From positions 32,001-96,000 of IMG/VR virus record IMGVR_UViG_3300045988_099276: a stretch of DNA of 64,000 nt; one strand, given 5' to 3'. Under the pieces are notes generated by a model. The model was not told the origin of the DNA, did not search any database, and saw only the letters and a list, made by a program, of their open reading frames with translations. Made by a program: the position numbers and the translations under genes. Shown piece after piece: positions 26,117 through 37,296 of the stretch; position 1 is the first letter of the stretch, and the number at the start of each line of letters is the position of its first letter. The DNA comes from a virus.

Positions 26117-27049
26117 AAAACCGGAAAAACATCTACCGCCGCAAAATTTCCCAAGGCGCTTCTATTAGGCTTTGAAGTTGGTTATCTGACTATTGGCGGT
26201 ATTAAAGCTATTCCTATTAATAAGTGGTCTGAGTTTAAGCAGATTCTAAAGCAGCTTAAAGACCCCAAAGCCCATGAAATGTATAGTAACATCATTGTCG
26301 ATACTGCGGATATTGCTTACGACCTTTGTGAAAAGTATATCTGCAATCAAGCTGGAGTCTCGGCTGTAAACGAGCTACCTTATGGTCAGGGATGGTCTAA
26401 GACTAGTAAAGAGTTCGATGAATGTCTTCGTTCAATTCCTCAGATGGGCTATGGTCTAGTAATGATTTCACATAGTCAAGATAAGACTTTTACTGATGAA
26501 AATGGTAGTGAATATAACCAAATTGTTCCCACTCTTGGTAATCGTCCGCGTCTAATCGTTGACCGAATGAGTGACGTTATCGGTTACGCCCATCCAGTAG
26601 AAGAGGAAGATGGCCGCACTCATACTGTTCTGTATATGCGCGGAACCCCTCGATTCGTAGCTGGTTCTCGATTTAAGTATACTCCTGATTCTATTGACTT
26701 CACCTATGACAATCTTGTCAAGGCTATTGGTGATGCAATTGATAAGCAGGCAGAGGAAGATGCTGGAAAATTCGTGACTGATGCACGCACTACTGCTTAT
26801 GACATTAATGATGGACCTGACTTTGAAGCTATGAAGAATGAGTTCAAGGAACTAACTGTAAAGATTCAGCACAGCGTTTCTAAGGATGAATTCAAGAAGT
26901 CTTGGGCGCCTAAGATTATCGAAATTACAGATAAGTATCTTGGTGTCGGCAAGAAGGTTAATGACTGTACTGCCAAGCAAGCTGAACAGCTTTCACTTAT
27001 CCTCGATGACCTTAAAGACTTACTGTCTAATGGAATTGATGTAGCTTAA
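26117..27049 (+). CDS. Sak4-like (AAA_24) recombination ATPase, exon 2
   Basis: Begins KTGKTSTAAKFP (second half of Walker A). Walker B-like NIIVDTAD, then LVMISHSQ. Confidence 0.8.
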   Translation, partial: KTGKTSTAAKFPKALLLGFEVGYLTIGGIKAIPINKWSEFKQILKQLKDPKAHEMYSNIIVDTADIAYDLCEKYICNQAGVSAVNELPYGQGWSKTSKEFDECLRSIPQMGYGLVMISHSQDKTFTDENGSEYNQIVPTLGNRPRLIVDRMSDVIGYAHPVEEEDGRTHTVLYMRGTPRFVAGSRFKYTPDSIDFTYDNLVKAIGDAIDKQAEEDAGKFVTDARTTAYDINDGPDFEAMKNEFKELTVKIQHSVSKDEFKKSWAPKIIEITDKYLGVGKKVNDCTAKQAEQLSLILDDLKDLLSNGIDVA

Positions 27050-27056
27050 TTTTGAA

Positions 27057-27085
27057 GACCGTCCATAATTGGGCGGTCTTTTTTG
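27057..27085 (+). terminator. Rho-independent terminator
   Basis: AGACCGTCC-ATAATT-GGGCGGTCT followed by T6. Confidence 0.75.
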
Positions 27086-27114
27086 TTGACAAAATCTCCT
27101 GAATATGCTATAAT
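27086..27114 (+). promoter_or_regulatory. sigma-A-like promoter with extended -10
   Basis: TTGACA-17 nt-TGCTATAAT. Confidence 0.6.
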
Positions 27115-27138
27115 TATATTATAAAGTTAGGAGAAAAT

Positions 27139-27657
27139 ATGGTAAAGCAAAAACCTGTTAAATGCCCATATTGTGGTCAAATGATTGACCGTGATTATGA
27201 GTTTGATTGGAAAAAGATTGGCAACCGATATTGGCATGATGAATGTTATACCAAAAGCCAAGAGGAAAAAGAAAAAAATAAAGATAAACTAAAAAAGCAA
27301 CGAGAAGCGGTTATGAAAATGGCAGGCAAATATCTCGGTGCATATGTAGATTATCAGAAGGTTGCCTTAAATATGGGACAACTGATTAAGGCTGGCGTTA
27401 CATATGAGCAGATGGCTAAATCTTTAAAATATTGGTATGAAATAAAGCATAATGATCCGAGTAGGTCGAATGGCGGCATATGGATTGTCAAATCAATTTA
27501 TATCGAAGCAGAAAACTATTTCAATCGATTGGAACAGATTAGAACTCTACAGAGCGAAGAAAAAGTGAATACAGATATTACAGATGAACATCGTGTATTT
27601 GTGCGGCCAAGGGATGTAAATATCTATAGAAAAAAGCCACGTTTCAACTTGGAATAG
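27139..27657 (+). CDS. hypothetical Zn-ribbon protein (possible helicase loader or replication accessory)
   Basis: CPYCGQ...WHDEC near the N-terminus; sits directly upstream of the DnaB-like helicase. The function is a guess. Confidence 0.5.
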   Translation: MVKQKPVKCPYCGQMIDRDYEFDWKKIGNRYWHDECYTKSQEEKEKNKDKLKKQREAVMKMAGKYLGAYVDYQKVALNMGQLIKAGVTYEQMAKSLKYWYEIKHNDPSRSNGGIWIVKSIYIEAENYFNRLEQIRTLQSEEKVNTDITDEHRVFVRPRDVNIYRKKPRFNLE

Positions 27658-27669
27658 AAGGGAGGATAT

Positions 27670-29232
27670 TTGATTAGTAAATACTATGATTCTGTCGCGG
27701 CATTACAGGTAATTGGATGTTGTATGCGGAAACCCGAATACTTAGCGGCAGATGGACAATACTTCTTTTCAGAACACGATTTTTGCAATGATTTACATAA
27801 GGTAGTATTTGGTGCGTTATATAGTCTATATAACGCAGGTGTAACCGACCATCTTGCACGAGAAATTGAAAATTATCTTAAAGATAAGCCGAAAGCATAT
27901 GCAATCTATAAAGCAAACAAAGGTAGAGAGTGGATGTTTGAAACTCATGCAAATGCCCACTTAGATGCTTTTGAGTATTATTATAATCGTCTAAAGAAAA
28001 TGTCTCTACTTCGCGCATATGATGATGTTGGTGTAGATGTATCTGATATTTATGACCCTGATAATATTTTAGATTCTGCAAAGAAGCAAGCGCAAGACGA
28101 GTATCTTGACGGTACAACATTAGAGCAATTAGCAGATGATGTAGAAGGTAAGTTTTATTTTATTAGGGATTTATATGTAGACAATAACGATAATGACTCT
28201 GTTGCTATTGGTGATAATGTCCAAAAGATTGTAGATGAATTGGCACAGCATCCTGCGCGTGGTTGGGCGATGTATGATTTATATGAAGATGCAATCGCTA
28301 TGGGCGCACGACCTGGCCGCTTTTATTTAAGAAGTGCAGCTACGGGCGTGGGCAAAAGCCGAACTGGTGTTGCCGATGCTTGCTTTTTTTCATGTTCTGA
28401 ATATTATTCAGATGAAGGTAAATGGGAGCGTTTATATAATCGAGTACCTACTTTATATATTTCAGTAGAGCTAGATATTGAAGAGCTTACAACTATGGCG
28501 TTGGCTTTTATCGGTAATATTCCAGAAGACCATATCGTTGAAATGGATTTACTTACTTTTGAAGAAGAAGAGAGATTAAAAAGAGCTGTAAAGATTCTAG
28601 AAGAAGCGCCACTTCGTATGGAATATCTTCCTAACTATGGCATGAAAGATGTTGAGAATTGTATCAAGCGCAATATGCGTAAATACAAATATCCACGAGT
28701 AGATGAACAAGGCAATACAGATTACCTAACTTTTCAATGTGTTGTCTTTGACTATCTAACTTCATCCATTAAGATGATTGAAGAAATCTCACATGGAACT
28801 GGTGTAAAAATTCGTGAGGACCAGATTCTATTCCTTATGTCGTCTAAACTTAAAGAAATAGCTGTTGAAAATAATATCTTTCTCTTGTCAAGTACGCAAA
28901 TCAATAATAATTTTAAACAAGAGAAGATTCTAGACCAAAGTATGCTGGCTGGTGCAAAATCAATCGCAAACCGAATCGACTACGGTGAAATCATGGTCGA
29001 TTGCACAGATGAAGATATTCAAGATATTGAAGGCGTTTTGGCGCAGCATCCCGGCATGTGTCCACCAAATGTAAAAAGAAGTGTATATAAGAATCGACGA
29101 GGTAAATTCAATCGTGTTATTTGTTGGATGCGCGCAAACAAAGGCACTTGTCGATATAAGACTTTATTTGTAACTGACTTCTCTTTTAAACCAATAGACA
29201 AAGATGAAATCTTCCAGAAGAAGAAAGAATAG
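27670..29232 (+). CDS. dnaB: replicative DNA helicase, DnaB-like
   Basis: GGGAGG SD then TTG. DnaB N-terminal-like ALQVIGCCM...; RecA-like core with Walker A SAATGVGKS and Walker B VVFDYL. Confidence 0.8.
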   Translation: MISKYYDSVAALQVIGCCMRKPEYLAADGQYFFSEHDFCNDLHKVVFGALYSLYNAGVTDHLAREIENYLKDKPKAYAIYKANKGREWMFETHANAHLDAFEYYYNRLKKMSLLRAYDDVGVDVSDIYDPDNILDSAKKQAQDEYLDGTTLEQLADDVEGKFYFIRDLYVDNNDNDSVAIGDNVQKIVDELAQHPARGWAMYDLYEDAIAMGARPGRFYLRSAATGVGKSRTGVADACFFSCSEYYSDEGKWERLYNRVPTLYISVELDIEELTTMALAFIGNIPEDHIVEMDLLTFEEEERLKRAVKILEEAPLRMEYLPNYGMKDVENCIKRNMRKYKYPRVDEQGNTDYLTFQCVVFDYLTSSIKMIEEISHGTGVKIREDQILFLMSSKLKEIAVENNIFLLSSTQINNNFKQEKILDQSMLAGAKSIANRIDYGEIMVDCTDEDIQDIEGVLAQHPGMCPPNVKRSVYKNRRGKFNRVICWMRANKGTCRYKTLFVTDFSFKPIDKDEIFQKKKE

Positions 29233-29235
29233 GAG

Positions 29236-30315
29236 GTGCGGGAATTGGGATACGATAAAGCAAAAGTAAAAGAATCAATTGAACCAGAAAACGTATATGA
29301 TATTCTAGAATACTTTGGCGCAGAACCAGAAATGTATTCTGATTATATTATTTCCCGCACGATTTGTCACAATGGCATTGGTGAAGGTTCAAAGAAACTA
29401 TATTATTATTTTGAAAATAGTATGTTTAATTGCTATACTGAGTGCGGCGCATTTGATATTTTTGAACTTGTTGAGAAAGTTAAGAATGTAGATTTAAATT
29501 CCGCAATCTATTTCGTGGTTAATTTCTTAAATCTTCAAATTGATTTAGATAACGATATTGATTTAAAAGATAGTCAGGAAGACTGGAAAATATTCAATAG
29601 ATATAAAGAGCAAAAAGATGTAACTGTAAATGATAATACCATTGAGTTGCCAGAATATGATATCTCTATTATTCAGCATTATCCTCAACCTATTATTTCC
29701 TCTTGGTCTAATATCTCAAAAGAGGTATGCGATTTTGCTCAAATTCATTATGACCCTCTTGGCGGCAATATCCTTATCCCACATTTTGACCAGAATGATA
29801 GGTGTATAGGTATTCGACAGAGAACTATTATCCAAGAGCAAGAGAAAAAAGGAAAATACAAACCTTGGCGAGTTCATGGTCAACTTTATAATCATGCTCT
29901 TGGCTTTAACTTGTACGGTCTGAACTGGGCTAAGGAAAGAATCGGAGAAATACAGACTGCTATTGTGACTGAATCAGAGAAGTCTGTTCTGGCATACATG
30001 TCCTATTATGGTACAGGCAACAACATCTGTGTCGCAACGTGCGGCAGCTCCTTGTCTAAATATCAATTCAAACTTCTTAAAGATGCTGGATGTAAAGAAA
30101 TTGTTATCGCATTTGACCATGACTTTGATGAATATGGTTCAGATGAAAGTCTAAAGGTTGAAGAAAAGATTGCCAAGATTGGTAACAAATATAAACCATA
30201 TATGAATATGTCTGTGGTCTTTGACAGAGAGAATATCTTAGGATATAAGGCAAGTCCATTAGACCAAGGTAAAGATGTATTTATGTATCTATTTAAGAAT
30301 AGGATTATGTTGTAA
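29236..30315 (+). CDS. dnaG: DNA primase (Zn finger + TOPRIM)
   Basis: CHNG...(x19)...CYTEC zinc-finger-like segment; TOPRIM-like VTESEKSVLA and AFDHDFD. Confidence 0.7.
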   Translation: MRELGYDKAKVKESIEPENVYDILEYFGAEPEMYSDYIISRTICHNGIGEGSKKLYYYFENSMFNCYTECGAFDIFELVEKVKNVDLNSAIYFVVNFLNLQIDLDNDIDLKDSQEDWKIFNRYKEQKDVTVNDNTIELPEYDISIIQHYPQPIISSWSNISKEVCDFAQIHYDPLGGNILIPHFDQNDRCIGIRQRTIIQEQEKKGKYKPWRVHGQLYNHALGFNLYGLNWAKERIGEIQTAIVTESEKSVLAYMSYYGTGNNICVATCGSSLSKYQFKLLKDAGCKEIVIAFDHDFDEYGSDESLKVEEKIAKIGNKYKPYMNMSVVFDRENILGYKASPLDQGKDVFMYLFKNRIML

Positions 30316-30545
30316 TGGAATGGATTGTATGGCTATTTCTCATATTTGTTTCTCCACTTTTCTTTGTTGGATTTTTACGAATAACGTGGGTCCTTATAGA
30401 TATTTGGATAGATATTATATTCACACCTTTAGAGTTTCTTTATAATAAAATCAATAACTATTTAAAGCAAAAAGAATTAGAAAATGACCCGCATTATACT
30501 GAAAGTATTAACGATGCAGTCTGGTGGGAGGAAGACGATGATTAA
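30315..30545 (+). CDS. small membrane protein
   Basis: 76 aa with two hydrophobic helices. Confidence 0.45.
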   Translation: MEWIVWLFLIFVSPLFFVGFLRITWVLIDIWIDIIFTPLEFLYNKINNYLKQKELENDPHYTESINDAVWWEEDDD

Positions 30546-30831
30546 AAATGAAATTCCATTGATAATGTGTTTAACTCACTGTTGGGATAATTGTAATAAT
30601 GCTCAAAGCTATTTAGATATTATTGACCCAGAACATAAAAAAATTAGCCCACCTCCTTGGGAAGAACTTCTATATTGCTGTAAAAGTATTGAAAAATGTT
30701 ATCCGCATCTTTATGAAAAAATTCAACGCAACAGTAATCTAGATAGCTCTTGGAAAGAAAATTTGCTATCACCAGATGAATTTATAAAAGTAAATAGCCA
30801 AGAGGAAGATGTGCAAAGAGTTTGGAGTTGA
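30538..30831 (+). CDS. hypothetical protein
   Basis: GGGAGGAAG SD then ATG (MIKNEIPLIMC...). Confidence 0.45.
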   Translation: MIKNEIPLIMCLTHCWDNCNNAQSYLDIIDPEHKKISPPPWEELLYCCKSIEKCYPHLYEKIQRNSNLDSSWKENLLSPDEFIKVNSQEEDVQRVWS

Positions 30832-32582
30832 TGAAAATAGATTATAAATTATATAAGCCAACATTGGATAATTTGACACCTCAACAACAAATTTTGTATA
30901 ATAGAGATATTCCAGTAGAAGAACAAAGTAATTGGCTTAATGCCTATTGGAATGACGTAAATGATTTTCATTTGTTAAAGAACATTAAAGACGCGGCTGT
31001 AATGATTATCAATCACTGTATGTGGACAAGCTCAAAGATTACTATTCTTCAGGACTCAGACCCGGATGGCCTTGGCTCTACTTCTATTATGGCTAACTAT
31101 ATTCATCGTATTTGTAGCAAGGAGCCGACTATTCTAATCCACGAAGGGAAAGCTCACGGACTTACAGACATTGATTTAGACAATATTATAGACACTACAA
31201 ATCTTCTTATTATCCCAGATGCGGCAAGTAATGATTATGAGCAGCTTAAATATTTACATGACAATGGCGTAGATATTGTAATCGCCGATCACCATCATGC
31301 TGAGAAATATTCTGAGGATGCTATTGTAGTAAATAACCAATTAGACGATTATCCAAATAAGAACTTCTGCGGTGCAGGTATTACATGGCAACTTTGCCGC
31401 CAGATGGATGAACTTCTTCATTTTGATTACGCAAATGATTTAATTGATTTATGTGCGCTGTCTTTATGCGCGGATATGATGGATTATCGTGAAAAAGAAG
31501 TGAGAGCGCTTGTCAACATAGGTTACGCGAACGTCAAGAATAAATTCTTTAAAGCGTTCGTAGACAAGCAAGAGTTTTCTTTAAATAAGATGAACGGTCT
31601 TAACTATCTTAGCTCTAGCTTTTACGTGGTTCCTTATCTGAATAGCTGCTGTCGAACTGGTGAAATGGTAGAGAAACGTCTTCTTATTAATGCTCTATTG
31701 GATTACAAATGTGATACAATGATTCCATCATCCAAGAGAGGTGAAAAGGGTAAAGAAGTTCCTATCTGGAAAGAAGCCATTACTGTTATTGAACGAGTAA
31801 AACGCAGACAGACTAAGCTACAAGATGAAGCTATGGAATTCTTTGAATATCAAATTCAATCCAAAAAGCTAACAGATAATGCTATCATTACTTGCGTATG
31901 CGGCAAAGATGATGCTGAACCAGGTATTCTCGGATTGGTGGCGAATCGTATCCAAGCTAAATATCAGCATCCCACACTAGTCTTGCAGGAAGTTGAAGAG
32001 GAAGACGTGGTGCATCTAAAAGGGTCTGCTCGTAATTACTCTTATTGTCCTATTGAAGATATGCGTAGTCTTTGTGAAGATACTGGTGTTGTCGATTATG
32101 CTTCTGGGCACGGGTCTGCATTTGGTCTGTCCTTGCCTTTAGAGAACTTTTATGAGTTCTTAGACAAGACCAATGAGCAATACAAAGGTGTCGATTTTAA
32201 ACCTGTCTATCTCGTTGATTACGTTTGGAATTACGATAGAGTCAATCCAAAATATGTTCTTGATATTGCAGAACTTAATATTTATGGTCAGGGTATTCCA
32301 GAGTCTAAAGTTGTGGTAGAAGATATTGCATTAGACAATGTTAATGTACAGCTTCTAGGTGAAGCAAAAGGGCATCCTACTATTAAGATTTCTTTACCGT
32401 CTGGCGTTGATATTATGAAATTCAAATCTTCTAGAGAAGAATTTGAAGAATGGACAAGTGGTGAAAAGAAGCTAACCATTGTAGGAACGTGTTCCAAAAA
32501 TTCTTGGATGGGAAACATTACGCCGCAAATTCTAATTGATGATTTTGAATTAGAAGATTATGAAGAGGAATGGGTATTTTAA
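30822..32582 (+). CDS. recJ: RecJ-like DHH-family ssDNA exonuclease
   Basis: DHH motifs DSDPDGLGS, IPDAASND, ADHHH and GAGITWQL. Exact start uncertain (30822 TTG or 30831 ATG). Confidence 0.75.
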   Translation: MELMKIDYKLYKPTLDNLTPQQQILYNRDIPVEEQSNWLNAYWNDVNDFHLLKNIKDAAVMIINHCMWTSSKITILQDSDPDGLGSTSIMANYIHRICSKEPTILIHEGKAHGLTDIDLDNIIDTTNLLIIPDAASNDYEQLKYLHDNGVDIVIADHHHAEKYSEDAIVVNNQLDDYPNKNFCGAGITWQLCRQMDELLHFDYANDLIDLCALSLCADMMDYREKEVRALVNIGYANVKNKFFKAFVDKQEFSLNKMNGLNYLSSSFYVVPYLNSCCRTGEMVEKRLLINALLDYKCDTMIPSSKRGEKGKEVPIWKEAITVIERVKRRQTKLQDEAMEFFEYQIQSKKLTDNAIITCVCGKDDAEPGILGLVANRIQAKYQHPTLVLQEVEEEDVVHLKGSARNYSYCPIEDMRSLCEDTGVVDYASGHGSAFGLSLPLENFYEFLDKTNEQYKGVDFKPVYLVDYVWNYDRVNPKYVLDIAELNIYGQGIPESKVVVEDIALDNVNVQLLGEAKGHPTIKISLPSGVDIMKFKSSREEFEEWTSGEKKLTIVGTCSKNSWMGNITPQILIDDFELEDYEEEWVF

Positions 32583-32834
32583 ATGAAACTTCAAATTGAA
32601 GAAGCAGAGCTGCGAAATCTTGCGTATAAGGCATCACGTTATGATATTATCATTGATGCTCTTATTCGTGAGAAATTCGATAAGATTGACATTTATAGCG
32701 ATTGGGAAATGACTGAAAACTATATGCAAGACATTATCAATCAGCAGCAAAGTGATATTAAGCCTGCAAACGAAGATAAGATTAAAGCAGACCGAGAGTG
32801 GATGGATAAGCATCCTGACTTTGGTATAATGTAA
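32583..32834 (+). CDS. hypothetical protein
   Basis: 83-aa ORF; start abuts the previous stop. Confidence 0.5.
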   Translation: MKLQIEEAELRNLAYKASRYDIIIDALIREKFDKIDIYSDWEMTENYMQDIINQQQSDIKPANEDKIKADREWMDKHPDFGIM

Positions 32835-32841
32835 TTAAAAG

Positions 32842-32876
32842 CCCTCTAGTTTTTTGTTTGACTAGAGGGTTTTTTT
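32842..32876 (+). terminator. Rho-independent terminator
   Basis: CCCTCTAG/CTAGAGGG stem followed by T7. The next promoter's -35 lies in the loop and 3' arm. Confidence 0.7.
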
Positions 32877-32886
32877 ATGTTATAAT
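32858..32886 (+). promoter_or_regulatory. sigma-A-like promoter with extended -10
   Basis: TTGACT-17 nt-TGTTATAAT. Confidence 0.6.
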
Positions 32887-32928
32887 ATATTTATAAAGAA
32901 AATCCAGTAGAAAGGAGTAGCATAGATT

Positions 32929-33339
32929 ATGCGAATGGCGAAATGTCCTCTGTGCGGAAAGACGGCACCTAACAATTTTAAAAAAGGAAATAAGTGGTAT
33001 TCTAAGTGTTACAATAAGGAGTGCGGATATACTACCGAGGTTGGTATGCCAACACGTAAAATGAGTCGTTTTAATTGGAATCTAAACTATGAGCGTTTAA
33101 CTGGCGAGACTCTTCCTGATGAAATGACTGGTCGGCAGAAGGGTGCTTATATGAAAAAGGAAATTCGTTGCGGCGTGCCTGAATTAGTTCAGTGTTTCAC
33201 TCAAGAAGACTTTGAAAACTGGGAAGAAAAGTACGACTACAAAGACATCAACTGGGTTGCGCCAAAAGGCAAGAAACAGCGTGCGGCATATAGGAAGCGT
33301 AAACAAAAAGAACGTGCGGAAAATGAACAGAAATGCTAA
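32929..33339 (+). CDS. hypothetical Zn-ribbon protein with basic C-terminus
   Basis: CPLCGK...CYNKEC; C-terminal KGKKQRAAYRKRKQKER. Confidence 0.55.
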   Translation: MRMAKCPLCGKTAPNNFKKGNKWYSKCYNKECGYTTEVGMPTRKMSRFNWNLNYERLTGETLPDEMTGRQKGAYMKKEIRCGVPELVQCFTQEDFENWEEKYDYKDINWVAPKGKKQRAAYRKRKQKERAENEQKC

Positions 33340-33377
33340 ATATAACATTTTATGTATAACTAAGGCTAAGGACGGTG

Positions 33378-36300
33378 ATGCCAATGACAGTGCCGCGATT
33401 TGATATTCACAATCATACGCACTATTCTTAACCAACTTACGACTTATTGACTCAACTGTCAAACCAAAAGAACTAATTGATAGAGCTATAGAATTAGGTC
33501 TTGCGGGAATCGCAATCACCGACCATGAAGCGTTAGGCGGACACGTAGAGATTGACCGCATCCAAGAGGAATATAAAGATAAATATCCTGATTTTAAAAT
33601 CGTTCGCGGCAATGAGATTTATCTTACAGACACACGAGATTATGGTCAATATTACTATCACTTTGTTCTCTTGGCTTTAGATGCTATTGGGCATAAGATG
33701 CTACGTGAGCTATCTTCTACTGCTTGGATTAATAGCTATTTTGACCGAGGAATGGAACGTGTACCTACTCTAAAGTCAGACCTTGCGGCAATTGTTGAAA
33801 AGTATGGAAAAGGTCACCTGCATGGTAGCTGCGCCTGCTTAGCGGGAGAAGTCAATCATAACCTTAGTCTTATGATTAAAGCTGAAAAACAAGGAAATGC
33901 CGCACAAGTTAAAGTATATCATAAGAATATTGTTAACTTTATCAAGTGGTGTATATCAATCTTTGGCAAAGATTATTTTTCTTTAGAGGTTGCTCCCGGT
34001 CGCAATGAAGAACAATTCGCTGTCAACTCTAGAATGAATTCTTTATCTAAAGTATTCAATCTTCCAATTGTTATTGGATGTGATACACACTATCTTAAAA
34101 AGGAAGATAGATACGTACACAAGGCTTTCCTTAATTCTAAAGGTGGAGAGCGTGAAGTAGATTCGTTTTATGAGTATTGCTATTTACAATCTGAACAAGA
34201 GATTATAAAAAATCTTGAAGGCACAGGTCTTGATTATGAAGAACTATGCGCCAATTCAATGAATATTCTTGATAAGTGCCAGTATTATACTTTATATCAT
34301 AAACAGCAAGTGCCGCAAGTGGAAGTTCCTTCTTATCCAAAAGAGGAAAAGAATCATCACTTCTATGATGTAGATAAATATCCTACACTAGATTATCTTA
34401 TGCACTCAGATAATCCGCAAGAACGTTATTGGATAAACTATTGCCAAAACGAGCTGAATAAAAAGGGATTAAATAACGAAACCTATCTTGCAAGATTAGA
34501 GGAAGAAGCTGATATTAACAAGGTTATTGGCGATAAACTTGATACTTGTATGTTTGCTTATCCTATTTTTCTACAGCATTACATCAATCTTTTTTGGGAA
34601 TGCGGCTCAACGGTCGGTGCTGGTCGAGGGTCAGCTTGTTCTGGTCTTAACCACTGGCTTTTAGGTGTTACACAGCTAGACCCAGTTGTCAATGACTTGC
34701 CTTATTGGAGGTACTCGAATAAGGAACGTATCGAGCTAGGCGATATTGATATAGATTTAGCCCCGTCTAAACGCGAACTAGTCTTTGAGAAAATTAGGGA
34801 AGAACGTGGTCAATTAGGATGTGTGCAAGTCTGTACATATGGTACGGTTACATCTAAGGCAGCAGTAAAAATTGCTTGTCGAGGATATCGCTCAGATAAA
34901 TATCCAAATGGAATTGAGCTAGATGAAGCAGAATACCTTTCTTCTTTAATTCCTTCTGAACGTGGTTTTGTCTGGCCTTTATCTGATTGCTTTTTTGGCA
35001 ACGAAGAGAAGAAACGCAAGCCTAATAAAACTTTTGTCCAAGAGGTAAACAAATTCCCTCGTCTACAAGAAATCTTATTGAATATCTGCGGACTTGTTAC
35101 GCAACGAGCTATTCATGCTTCTGGTGTTAACTTTTATGGAGAAGACCCATACCAGACTGCTTGCTTTATGAAAGCTAAAAATGGAGCTATAATTACACAG
35201 TATTCTCTAGCGAATGCAGAGTACTGCGGTGATGTGAAGCTCGATTTCCTTGTGACGGAAGTGCAGGATGTAATTACTCAATGCCTTAATCTCTTACAGG
35301 AGAATGGTAAGATTGAATCTGGTCTAACACTTCGTCAAATGTATGATAAGTACCTACATCCTACAGTGTTACCGTTACATGATGAAAAACTGTGGAAAGC
35401 AGCTGTTTCTGGAAAGGTCTTAAAATTTTTCCAATTTGACACACAGGTCGGCGGTCAGACAATTAAGCTCTTAAAGCCGCACACACCTCTTGAAATGGCG
35501 AACTGCAATTCCATTATGCGTCTCATGGCTAGTGAACAAGGTGATGAAACACCAACAGAACGATACAAGCGCATGAAAGATGATATGTCGCAATGGTATG
35601 CGGAAATGGATAGATGGGGTCTTTCAAAGGAAGAACAAAAGAGTCTAGAGAAGTATTATCTGCCAACGTATGCGGCGCCTGCTCAGCAAGAAGATATGAT
35701 GATAATCCTAATGGAAGTCTGCGGCTTTTCTTTATCTGAGTCGAATTTTGCAAGAAAAGTTTGCGCAAAAAAGAAGATGGACAAGATTCCTGAGCTGAGA
35801 AAAATGGTATTACAAGGTGCTCCAAACGAAAATCTTGGTAAATACATTTGGGAGACTGCTATCAAACCACAGATGGGCTACTCATTTTCTCGAATCCATT
35901 CTCTGGCTTATTCCTATATCGGTCTACAAACGGTCTATTTAGCTACCTATTTTCCTGTCGTATATTGGAATACAGCTTGTCTTCGAGTCGATGCTGGTCT
36001 TGATGAAGATGCCGCATCTAACTATGGCAAGATTGCAAAGGCAATTGGTAATATGATTAACAATGGCGTTACAGTAAAGCCAGTTAATATCAATAAGTCT
36101 GGTTATCTATTTGAACCAGATGAGGAAGACAATGCTATCTTATATGGCATGAAATCGTTAAATGGAGTTGGCGGCGAAGTAGTTTCAAGAATTATTGCCA
36201 ATCGTCCATATGATTCATTCCAAGATTTCTTAGATAAAAACAATGAAAATAAGACTACAGTATTAGCTCTTATCAAAGGCGGCGCTTTTGATTCTTTCGA

Positions 36301-37231
36301 TAGCCGCAAGAATATTATGAAACAATATATTGAGATTGTAAGTAATCCCAAAAAGCGTATCACAATGCAAAACTTTAAATCTTTAATTGATTATAAGCTC
36401 ATTCCAAAAGAACTAAAGTTCCAAAAGCAAGTGTTTAATTTCGACAAAACAATGAAAAAACAATGCAAATATACAGCAGAAGAATTTGATTTAAGCAAAT
36501 CAGATATACATTATAAGTTTTATAATAAATACTTTGATACTGATAATCTATATATTAAAAATAATTCTATATGTCTAAATAAAACGACTTGGAAGAAAGA
36601 ATATGATAAAGTAATGCTTGCCGCAAAAGATTACATCCAAGAGAACAAAGAAGTTTTATTACAGAAGCTAAATAGGAAACTGTTCTTAGAGCAATGGAAT
36701 ACATATGCGACAGGTACATATTCAACTTGGGAAATGGATGCTCTTGGATATTATTATCATAAACATGAATTGTCAAATGTTGACGAATCTATTTATGATA
36801 TAGTATCATATAATAGTTTACCGACAACGCCACCTACCGATTATGTATTTAAACGTGGCGATAAAGAGATTAAAATTCCTAAGACTTGCAGAATTATTGG
36901 TACAGTGGTCGGCAAGAATAATACAAAAGGACAAGTTGATATTCTTACAACTGATTCTGGCGTTGTAACTGTTAAGTTTGCATTAGATTATTTTGCAAAA
37001 TATAATCGCCGTGTAAGTGAAAATGTAAATGGTGAAAATAAGGTTATGGAACAAGGATGGTTTCAAAAAGGAACACTGATTGTAGTTAATGGCTATCGAA
37101 ACGGTGATATGTTTAGAGCAAAGAAATATAAGAAAACCAACTCGCATCAATTATATAAAATTACGAAAGTAAATAAAGACGGCACTATAGAAATGACCAA
37201 TAACCGCTATGGCGAAAATGTTGACAATTAA
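33378..37231 (+). CDS. dnaE: DNA polymerase III alpha subunit-like replicase (PHP + pol core), reading frame broken near codon 17
   Basis: AAGGA SD then ATG 33378 gives MPMTVPRFDIHNHTHYS, followed by TAA at 33429. The rest of the PHP domain (NLRLIDSTVKPKELIDRAIELGLAGIAITDHEALGG...) and the 1186-aa core continue in the -1 frame, which is open from 33404. Confidence 0.85.
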
Positions 37232-37249
37232 ATAAAGTTATGTTATAAT
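37221..37249 (+). promoter_or_regulatory. sigma-A-like promoter with extended -10
   Basis: TTGACA-17 nt-TGTTATAAT; the -35 overlaps the last pol codons. Confidence 0.55.
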
Positions 37250-37296
37250 ATAGGAGTAAACAAAAGGAAAGGTTTACTCCTATATTTTTTGGAGGT

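Noticed and set aside
33184-33612. 142-aa minus-strand ORF across the start of the polymerase gene
   Set aside because: It is antisense to two supported plus-strand genes and their SDs, inside a strictly plus-strand block.
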